Shown in pieces: positions 57,030 through 64,000 of a stretch of DNA of 64,000 nt; position 1 is the stretch's first letter, and the number at the start of each line of letters is the position of its first letter. The notes beneath the pieces were generated by a model that did no database searches, was not told the origin of the DNA, and saw only the letters and a program-made list of their open reading frames with translations. Both the position numbers and the translations under genes were made by a program. Location of the stretch: assembly GCA_041744215.1 (NCBI GenBank), contig JBGTLG010000040.1, forward strand, positions 1 through 64,000, given 5' to 3'. Source of the DNA: Fimbriimonadales bacterium. Lineage in GTDB: Bacteria; Armatimonadota; Fimbriimonadia; Fimbriimonadales; ATM1.

Positions 57030-58054
57030 ACATTCTGGTCACAGGTGGTGCAGGGTTTATCGGGAGCAACTATTGCCGTCATGTACTAGCGACGAGTGAA
57101 GAAGATCGCATTAGCGTACTTGACGCATTGACCTATGCAGGCAGCCTTTCCACCATCCTCGACTTGGAGAAGAACGGCCGATTCCGGTTTCACCAAGGAC
57201 GAATCGAAGATGCAGACGCCGTAGACCGAATCATCCGCGAGGACAAAATCGATTCGATCGTCAATTTTGCTGCCGAGACGCATAATGATCGCAGTCTATT
57301 GGATGCGAATGACTTTCTTCGTACGAATGTGATTGGAGTGAGTGTGTTACTTGGGTCAACGCGCAAACACAAACTTCATCGCATGGTGCATGTATCAACC
57401 GATGAGGTCTACGGATCGATCGCAGAAGGGGAATTCACAGAAGAATCTCCGCTGATGCCTAACACGCCCTACAGCGCGAGTAAGGCAGCTGGCGATCTCC
57501 AATGTCGCGCGCACTTTGTCTCCTTCGGCACTCCGGTGATAGTCACTCGTGGCGGCAACACCTATGGTCCCTACCAATATCCCGAGAAGCTCATATCATT
57601 TTTCACAACTCGGCTGATGGACGACAAGAAGGTCCCGGTCTATGGCGAAGGTAACCAGATTCGAGAATGGATCCACGTGTTGGATCATGCAGCGGGCATA
57701 GACGTTGCGCTGCGCCACGGCAATCCCGGCGATGTTTACAACGTTGGCGACCGAAACGAAAGGCGAAACGTGGAGATCGTAGATATCTTGATTGATGAGT
57801 TGGGGAAGTCGCGTAACCTGATAAAACACATTCCGGATCCGAGAGAAGGCGCGCACGATGTTCGATACAGCATGACCGCCGAGAAGTTGAAGTCGCTAGG
57901 CTGGAAACCCACGATGCCTTTTGAAGAATCGTTACGAGAAACGGTGCAGTGGTACGTCGACAACGAACGATGGTGGCGGCCAATCTCGCAGAAACTCGAG
58001 TATCAGGCATTTATCAAGGCATTCTACGGTCCGGGCCTCGGGAATGACTTGTAG
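57026..58054 (+). CDS. rfbB: dTDP-glucose 4,6-dehydratase
   Basis: GGAGFIG, AAETHNDRS, STDEVYG, YSASK, YGPYQYPEK. Confidence 0.93.
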   Translation: MNILVTGGAGFIGSNYCRHVLATSEEDRISVLDALTYAGSLSTILDLEKNGRFRFHQGRIEDADAVDRIIREDKIDSIVNFAAETHNDRSLLDANDFLRTNVIGVSVLLGSTRKHKLHRMVHVSTDEVYGSIAEGEFTEESPLMPNTPYSASKAAGDLQCRAHFVSFGTPVIVTRGGNTYGPYQYPEKLISFFTTRLMDDKKVPVYGEGNQIREWIHVLDHAAGIDVALRHGNPGDVYNVGDRNERRNVEIVDILIDELGKSRNLIKHIPDPREGAHDVRYSMTAEKLKSLGWKPTMPFEESLRETVQWYVDNERWWRPISQKLEYQAFIKAFYGPGLGNDL

Positions 58055-58063
58055 GAGGGTGGC

Positions 58064-58140
58064 TGGTACCCCCGACGGGATTCGAACCCGCGATCTTCGC
58101 CGTGAGAGGGCGATGTCCTAAACCGCTAGACGACGGGGGC
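58064..58140 (-). tRNA. tRNA-Glu (anticodon CTC)
   Basis: Acceptor GCCCCCG/CGGGGGT-A-CCA, anticodon arm TCGCC-ctCTCac-GGCGA, T-loop GTTCGAATC. Confidence 0.96.
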
Positions 58141-58182
58141 AGGAGGCGAAAGTGTACCGAATCGCTCGCTCCCTGGGCAAGC

Positions 58183-59052
58183 CTACAGTAAATCAAAGAA
58201 AGTCTCTGCATCACGAACTTTGTCCGAAATTGATTGGAAAAAGTCCGGTAGCTCATCATCACGGATGTTCAGCCACTGTGCGACAGAAGGATCAAGGTTG
58301 AACGACCCGTTCGGGACCGAGGCGAAACCGCAGATTGATGCGTAGTAATCGGCTGCATGAACTAACGCGACTGTGTCGTTCGGTTTTTCAACAAAAGGAC
58401 CATGATGGTTGGCAACGACCTCAATCAACTCAACGGGGAAGCTCCAAACTTGCATCAGCATCGCGCCGATTTCGGCATGGTCGATTCCTAAGACGAGTTG
58501 CTCGGATTCCTGGATAGTTATCCCGGAGGCGCCGCACTCGCGTAAAACTTCCCGAAGCAGATCCGGAAAGTTCGCCAGCAGGAATAGTTCACCAAGATCG
58601 TGTAACAGCGCGCCTGTGTATGCGACGTCGCGGGCTTCGGCCGTCGCTCCCTTGCGCTCCGCTAGCATTCTAGCGGCGCAAGCGGAACCGAAAGCGTGAC
58701 GCCAGAAAGCATATTGTGTCTGGAGCATTGCATGAGTCTTCGCTTTCACCAGACTCATCGCGGCCATGCTGAGTACGAGATTCCGAATCTGCTGCATCCC
58801 AAGGATTACAATTGCGTGCGAAGTGGTGGAAATCTTTGCAGACATCCCGTAATACGCACTGTTAACGACTCGCAACACCTTAGTCGAGAGGCCTGGGTCT
58901 GCCGAGATCAACTTGTCCAGGTCGCTGGCTGTCGCCGTCGCACTCTCAGTCATCTCCAGCACTTTCGTTACTGCGACCGGAAGGGCAGGAAGGTCCTGAA
59001 TAGATCGTTCGATGTATCGCCGAAGCGCGGCGCGATTTACGGAAAGAGCCAT
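58183..59052 (-). CDS. HDOD domain protein
   Basis: LPALP, DPGLSTKVLRVVNSAYYG, FWRH, LLHDLG, DHAEIGA. Confidence 0.92.
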   Translation of the reverse strand: MALSVNRAALRRYIERSIQDLPALPVAVTKVLEMTESATATASDLDKLISADPGLSTKVLRVVNSAYYGMSAKISTTSHAIVILGMQQIRNLVLSMAAMSLVKAKTHAMLQTQYAFWRHAFGSACAARMLAERKGATAEARDVAYTGALLHDLGELFLLANFPDLLREVLRECGASGITIQESEQLVLGIDHAEIGAMLMQVWSFPVELIEVVANHHGPFVEKPNDTVALVHAADYYASICGFASVPNGSFNLDPSVAQWLNIRDDELPDFFQSISDKVRDAETFFDLL

Positions 59053-59107
59053 CTTTAGTCTGGGTCCCAGCGAGCGTACAGGAATTCACCCGGGCCTCCC
59101 TCAGAGA

Positions 59108-59135
59108 TTATCGGCAACCGACCAGGCCGGGCTCA
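59108..59135 (-). promoter_or_regulatory. Sigma28-like promoter of HDOD gene
   Basis: TGAG-N16-GCCGATAA. Confidence 0.55.
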
Positions 59136-59174
59136 CCTGCTAAGGCGAAACGGTATCGGCTAAGATTGCTTTCC

Positions 59175-60209
59175 GTGCGCTTTGAGTTTCGCCCACTCCG
59201 AATTCCCAGGAAACGTCCCTTTCGGATCAGTCGCGGATTGAGCGTCGATACGGAAAATCTCTTCGTCATGGTGGAGCATGATGAGATTTGTGGCCTCGGG
59301 GAGATGGCGCCTGTCGGCTACGGCGACCCGCAAACAGCGGAGGGGGCCGAAATCGCGCTGCGCGCGGTAGAGGAAGTACTCCTTGACTTCGACCCTTCGA
59401 GGATCTCCGCAATCGAAGAGCAAATGCTTAACCGAGGGGTGCCATCCGCCGCACGTGCAGCGGTGAACACCGCCTGCTGGGACTGGCTCGCCAAGAGAGC
59501 TGGATTGCCCCTCTATCGGCTTTTGGGACTTGAGCGCGAGACTGTTCCAACGAGCATCACGATCGGTATCTGCGCACCAGAAGAGGCGAGAGCGCAGGCC
59601 GAGCAGATTGCGGCAGAGTCACCGGAATGCTGCATCAAAATCAAGCTCGGTAGCTCAGATGGTGTCGAGAGCGACAAACAGAGATACTTGGCCGTTCATG
59701 ACGGCGCGCCTCACGCGAAACTGCGTGTTGACGCCAATGGCGGATGGAACAGTCTCCAAGCATTGAGCATGATGGGATGGCTTGAAAATCGTGGCTGCGA
59801 GTACGTCGAGCAACCCGTCCACCACGATGACGAGGACGGGATACGATGTGTGGCTGAATCGAGAAAACTGCCTTTGTATCTCGATGAGAACATACACACC
59901 TCTAAAGACCTCCCTCGGTGGGCCAACTATTGTGACGGTGTTAATCTGAAGTTGATGAAGACAGGCGGCGTGTCAGAGGCGTTGCGCTTGGTTGCGACCG
60001 CTCGCGCCATTGGCCTCTCAACAATGATTGGATGTATGTCGGAGTCTTCAGTCGGAATAGGAGCCGGGGCCCATATCGCGTCGCTCTTCGATCACGTAGA
60101 TCTTGACAGCCACCTCAATTTGAACCCGGATCCCGCGGACGGGCTAGGCTTTTCGAATGGACGCGTCTTGCCTGCAGATCGCGTAGGTTTGGGGGTCAGT
60201 CTGAAATGA
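59175..60209 (+). CDS. Enolase-superfamily dipeptide epimerase / DgcA-like racemase
   Basis: KIKLG, VDANGGW, EQP, DEN, KLMKTGG, DLD; start 59175 or 59166. Confidence 0.88.
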   Translation: MRFEFRPLRIPRKRPFRISRGLSVDTENLFVMVEHDEICGLGEMAPVGYGDPQTAEGAEIALRAVEEVLLDFDPSRISAIEEQMLNRGVPSAARAAVNTACWDWLAKRAGLPLYRLLGLERETVPTSITIGICAPEEARAQAEQIAAESPECCIKIKLGSSDGVESDKQRYLAVHDGAPHAKLRVDANGGWNSLQALSMMGWLENRGCEYVEQPVHHDDEDGIRCVAESRKLPLYLDENIHTSKDLPRWANYCDGVNLKLMKTGGVSEALRLVATARAIGLSTMIGCMSESSVGIGAGAHIASLFDHVDLDSHLNLNPDPADGLGFSNGRVLPADRVGLGVSLK

Positions 60210-61276
60210 AATGTCTCGGCGCCGGGGCCAAGGTTGCGTTGCTGATGCATGGCTACCTCGGCCATTCGCAAGGCAAGCACGGTATCGGGATGCTCAGGTA
60301 TTCCGATGCGGACATCTTGGCGATCGTCGATCGATATGCCGCGAGTCGTACCGTTCGGGAAGTCGTCAACCTCGATCGAGATGTGCCTATCGTTGCGACG
60401 GTAGACGAAGCTCGCGCGCTAAAGGCAGACATCCTGTTGGTCGCAGTCGCCCCACCAGGTGGCCAACTTCCGGAAGGCTGGGAATCAGAACTCCACCATG
60501 CGCTCGACCTCGGCATGTCTTTGGTAAACCCTCTCCATCGGCCTTGGAACGCTGATCCCGAGATGGCATCACGGCTTGCGCCGGGAGCCTGGATTTGGGA
60601 CGTGCGCCAAGAGCCAGCCGATTTGCAACCGGCCACCGGAGCCGCACGAGAGTTATCAAACATTAGGCTTCTCACCGTCGGTACCGACATGGCAGTCGGA
60701 AAGATGACGGCATCCCTCGAGTTGGTACGATCCCTCCGCTCGAAGGGTATCTCGGCAGAAATGGTTGCAACAGGTCAGGTTGGAATCACCATCGTCGGGT
60801 CAGGAGTTCCACTCGATGCAGTGCGCTTGGACTACGCGCCTGGAGCCGTCGAAAGGGAAGTCTTGAGGGTGTCCGAGTCTTGTGACGTCGCCGTGGTTGA
60901 GGGCCAAGGTGCACTATGCCATCCCGGTGCGAGCGCAAATCTTGCCCTGCTCCGTGGATCTATGCCTACACATTTGCTTCTCGTACACCGCGCCGGTCAG
61001 ACAACCGAGCGACAACATGAATGGGCGCAAATCCCCGACCTTGTTGATCTAATCAAGTTGCACGAAGACCTTGCGGAGTGTTGTGGCACGTTTAGCCGCC
61101 CGCAGACAATCGGCATTGCTCTAAACACCGCTCATCTTTCAGACGTAGAAGCAAGCCAGGAGATAGCGCGGGTGAAGGAAACAACAGGGTTGCCCGTTAC
61201 AGACCCGGTTCGACACGGCGCAGACCTGTTTGCAGATGTACTCGCAACCTCTATCGCGCAGCCCTCGCCGCGATGA
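60206..61276 (+). CDS. DUF1611 (DgcN-like) P-loop protein
   Basis: GTDMAVGKMT, ATGQVG, VEGQG, GSMP; ATGA coupling. Confidence 0.88.
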   Translation: MKCLGAGAKVALLMHGYLGHSQGKHGIGMLRYSDADILAIVDRYAASRTVREVVNLDRDVPIVATVDEARALKADILLVAVAPPGGQLPEGWESELHHALDLGMSLVNPLHRPWNADPEMASRLAPGAWIWDVRQEPADLQPATGAARELSNIRLLTVGTDMAVGKMTASLELVRSLRSKGISAEMVATGQVGITIVGSGVPLDAVRLDYAPGAVEREVLRVSESCDVAVVEGQGALCHPGASANLALLRGSMPTHLLLVHRAGQTTERQHEWAQIPDLVDLIKLHEDLAECCGTFSRPQTIGIALNTAHLSDVEASQEIARVKETTGLPVTDPVRHGADLFADVLATSIAQPSPR

Positions 61277-61412
61277 CTCCGACTGTCACAGCAAGTCCGA
61301 TGCCCGCGATCACAGCGCCCACCCGCTCAAACCCCACCAGCCGATCGAGTGCCCACCAGCCAATCACAATTGTCACTACGCACAGTCCCCACACCAATCC
61401 GTTCGATTTCAT
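61251..61412 (-). CDS. Small 2-TM membrane protein
   Basis: ATGA overlap with mutY stop; two hydrophobic helices. Confidence 0.5.
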   Translation of the reverse strand: MKSNGLVWGLCVVTIVIGWWALDRLVGFERVGAVIAGIGLAVTVGVIAARAAR

Positions 61413-62440
61413 CGCGGTGCTGAGCTTACCGCCCCCACTGCCTGCTCGGCGACTTTCCGTTGCGGCGCGGGCATTGGAAGGTCCGACATCCCAGCGGCTG
61501 TCTCCCACCGAAGTGACTTATCAGGCGTTTCGACGTCCGCAAGAAATGCGTCCAGGGTCACCGAGTAGCGGGTGACGCGGTGCCGTACGCGCACCAGATG
61601 TCGCGCGTTTGGATATCCAAGCAGAGTGATCGTTTTCAGCGTGCCCAAATGTGACTCGACTTGTGTGCGAGGAAACTCCCACATCCCCGTCCACCAACTC
61701 CCTTCTTGTATCTGACGCAAGCCGAACTTGCCGACATGGGTCGGGCACACGCAGACGTGATGCAGTCTTGTAACTTTCGCTTCACTTCGAACGACCGGGT
61801 AATCCGATTGCTTCCCTGACGCACGCGCACAACAATGCGCCGCCACCGGGCAGGAATCGCAGCGCGGCTCCGCGGGTCGGCAAATTACCGCGCCAAGCTC
61901 CATCAGCGCCTGATTCCATTCTCCCGGTGAGGCGTCGCCCATCATGGCTTCAGACGTCATTTTGCAGCGTCGTTTGAGAGGCTGGTCTGTTTCAGCCGCA
62001 CACTCTAATCGGCTGATAACACGCTCGACGTTGCCATCAACAGCCGCATGCTTCCCGTTGAAGGCGATGGAAGCTATCGCTGCTGCACTGTATTCACCTA
62101 TCCCTGGCAGGTTCAGCAGATCGTCAACACTGTCTGGCACTTCCCTTATCGTCTTCGCCGCGGCGAGCAAGTTCTTCGCTCGTCGATAGTAGCCGAGGCC
62201 TTCCCACGCGCTGAGAACATCGGATTCCGTCGCGAGCCGCAATGACTCGAGGGTGGGGAATCGAGCGATGAACCTCTCGAAGTAAGGGACGACTGTTGCC
62301 ACTTGCGTTTGCTGCAACATCACTTCGCTTACCCAAATTCTGTAGGGGTCACCGGTTCTTCGCCATGGAAGGTCACGCGCGTTCTTGCGATACCAGCTAA
62401 GAAGCGAGGACCGGAATCCTCTAAAGTCCGAGCGTCGCAA
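61409..62440 (-). CDS. mutY: A/G-specific adenine glycosylase
   Basis: SEVMLQQTQV, WEGLGYY, LPGIGEY, VDGNV, C-x6-C-x2-C-x5-C. Confidence 0.93.
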   Translation of the reverse strand: MRRSDFRGFRSSLLSWYRKNARDLPWRRTGDPYRIWVSEVMLQQTQVATVVPYFERFIARFPTLESLRLATESDVLSAWEGLGYYRRAKNLLAAAKTIREVPDSVDDLLNLPGIGEYSAAAIASIAFNGKHAAVDGNVERVISRLECAAETDQPLKRRCKMTSEAMMGDASPGEWNQALMELGAVICRPAEPRCDSCPVAAHCCARASGKQSDYPVVRSEAKVTRLHHVCVCPTHVGKFGLRQIQEGSWWTGMWEFPRTQVESHLGTLKTITLLGYPNARHLVRVRHRVTRYSVTLDAFLADVETPDKSLRWETAAGMSDLPMPAPQRKVAEQAVGAVSSAPR

Positions 62441-63113
62441 GAGCTTCCTTAGGATCGTCTGCTGCCGTTAGTGCTCGACCGATGACCACGTAGTTCGCTC
62501 CAGCGGAGAACGCCTCATGAGGTGTTGCCACACGGGCTTGATCGCCACCGGCCCCAGTCGGTGCCTTCATCCCAGGTGTCACCAGCACTGGCTCAGGGCC
62601 AACCAGTTTGCGAACATCCTTCACTTCGTGGGCAGAACAAACTAAGCCGTCCAGACCAGAGTCAATCGCTTGCTGCGCAAGGAACAGCACCTGATCTAAG
62701 GGCGTCCGAGGAACGCCTAACTGCCGTTCAAGCGCTTTACTGTCAATGCTGGTGAGGACGGTGACCCCCAACAAGATCGGAGGAATCTCGGGTTGCGCGT
62801 CGGCAGCTGCTTCTACCGCGGCAGCCATCATTGCTGTACCACCGCTCGCGTGCATCGTCATCATCCACACCCCGCGCTTGGCGGCTTCGTAAACACCGAT
62901 CGCCACTGAGCTCGGGATGTCGTGAAACTTCATGTCAAGAAAGATCCTCTGCGCGCCAGCCTCTTGGAGCCTGCCAATAACGTCCAGGCCGTGCGGCAAC
63001 ACCAGCCCGTGCCCGATTTTGAAAGCAAACACATGGGGGCACAGTTTCCGAATCAGGTCTTCTGCAAGGCCAGCGTCCGACGTGTCCAGGGCTACGATCA
63101 CATGGGAGTCCAC
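62421..63113 (-). CDS. pyrF: Orotidine-5'-phosphate decarboxylase
   Basis: VALD, DMKFHDIP, VTVLTS, TPG, DQ.R, VIGR. Confidence 0.95.
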   Translation of the reverse strand: MDSHVIVALDTSDAGLAEDLIRKLCPHVFAFKIGHGLVLPHGLDVIGRLQEAGAQRIFLDMKFHDIPSSVAIGVYEAAKRGVWMMTMHASGGTAMMAAAVEAAADAQPEIPPILLGVTVLTSIDSKALERQLGVPRTPLDQVLFLAQQAIDSGLDGLVCSAHEVKDVRKLVGPEPVLVTPGMKAPTGAGGDQARVATPHEAFSAGANYVVIGRALTAADDPKEALATLGL

Positions 63114-63190
63114 GGGGGAATTGTACACCGGACGTGGCCTCTTGCCTAGAACCTCATACTAGGTTCAGCATCACCGGCCCACCTCGCCAT

Positions 63191-63217
63191 TGAGGCGGGT
63201 GTCCATCAAGCCGATAA
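63191..63217 (+). promoter_or_regulatory. Sigma28-like promoter of fliD
   Basis: TGAG-N15-GCCGATAA then RBS GGAGG. Confidence 0.65.
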
Positions 63218-63236
63218 TCAATGGAGGAACACCAGA

Positions 63237-64000
63237 ATGGGATTTAGCGGATCGGGCATTACTTTCTCAGGATTGGCCTCAGGGGTCGATACCGAGAACA
63301 TCATCGGGCGGATCCTCCAGTTGGAGCGACGACCAATCCAACGCTTCCAGTTGGATCGCGTGCGCCTCCAGACCAGGCAGGCTGCGCTGAGTCAATACAA
63401 AGCGCTCGTGGCAAACGTGCGATCAGCGGCTGGCGAACTCAACACCACTACCACGTTCAATCTGATGTCAGGCCTGAGTTCCAAGTCTGATGTCGCGACG
63501 ATTACCGCGGGTCCAAACTCGATACCAGGCGTCTATAACCTCACGATCGCAAAGTTGGCTCAAGCTCACAAAGTTGCGACGGCAGCACAAGCATCGACGA
63601 CTGAAGCGCTCGGGCTTGCCGGCAAATTCTTGGTAAACGGAAAGGCGGTAGAAGTCGGCGCCAGTGACAGCCTGGCCGCGATCGCAACCAAAATCAACAA
63701 TGTCTCGGCTGGTGTGACTGCATCCCTCATCGATGGTGGCTCCGGCAATGCATTCCTCACACTAACCGCCTCGGCCTCGGGCGCATCCAGAGCAGTTGCT
63801 CTTAGCGATATCGACGGGTCCGCGATCGTCTCATCGCTGGGCTTCGTTTCGGGTGCTGCAGCCATTCGTAGTCCAATCTCGAACGGCGCGGAAAGCATCG
63901 GCTTGTCGGATAACGCGACAACAATTGGCTCTCTGCTCGGAGTTTCGGTTCCTTCAGGAGACATTTCGATCAACGGCATCCCTGTCAACATCGACTTTTC
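63237..64000 (+). CDS. fliD: Flagellar filament cap protein (3' truncated, not in ORF track)
   Basis: MGFSGSGITFSGLASGVDTENII..ILQLERRP, later YNLTIAKLAQAH. Confidence 0.9.
   Translation, partial: MGFSGSGITFSGLASGVDTENIIGRILQLERRPIQRFQLDRVRLQTRQAALSQYKALVANVRSAAGELNTTTTFNLMSGLSSKSDVATITAGPNSIPGVYNLTIAKLAQAHKVATAAQASTTEALGLAGKFLVNGKAVEVGASDSLAAIATKINNVSAGVTASLIDGGSGNAFLTLTASASGASRAVALSDIDGSAIVSSLGFVSGAAAIRSPISNGAESIGLSDNATTIGSLLGVSVPSGDISINGIPVNIDF

Noticed and set aside
58055..58183. Integrative element at tRNA-Glu
   Set aside because: No integrase and no duplicated tRNA 3' end seen in the window

Overview
Gene-dense, GC-rich bacterial chromosomal segment, most likely Armatimonadota (Fimbriimonadaceae-like). 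This is inferred from two [25 protein letters not shown] prepilin-like genes, two PEP-CTERM genes, stalk-domain proteins and flagellar fliD. Housekeeping genes (glnB, argS, arginase, 2-oxoacid dehydrogenase E1a/E1b/E2, thiN, dnaA, tgt, rfbC/rfbB, mutY, pyrF, tRNA-Glu) are interleaved with many secreted or envelope proteins. No transposase, integrase, reverse transcriptase, CRISPR array or rRNA was recognised. Main observations: (1) pervasive leaderless-type architecture, with a -10 box 5-8 nt before many start codons, including a back-to-back bidirectional argS/arginase promoter; (2) an accessory patch at 34.4-36.8 kb with a 21-bp tandem array, a frameshifted WG-repeat gene and a 42-codon export leader shared between two unrelated proteins, differing TGC/TTC at the lipobox Cys; (3) a divergent dnaA lacking dnaN and canonical DnaA boxes, with a 34-nt purine-only tract; (4) enzymes missing catalytic residues (Cys-free racemase, QE-type CPBP, CxxC-less REC-TrxR); (5) sigma28-like and ECF-like promoters; (6) an RHS C-terminal toxin/immunity candidate and an orphan two-gene unit. 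All calls are by eye; no database search was run.
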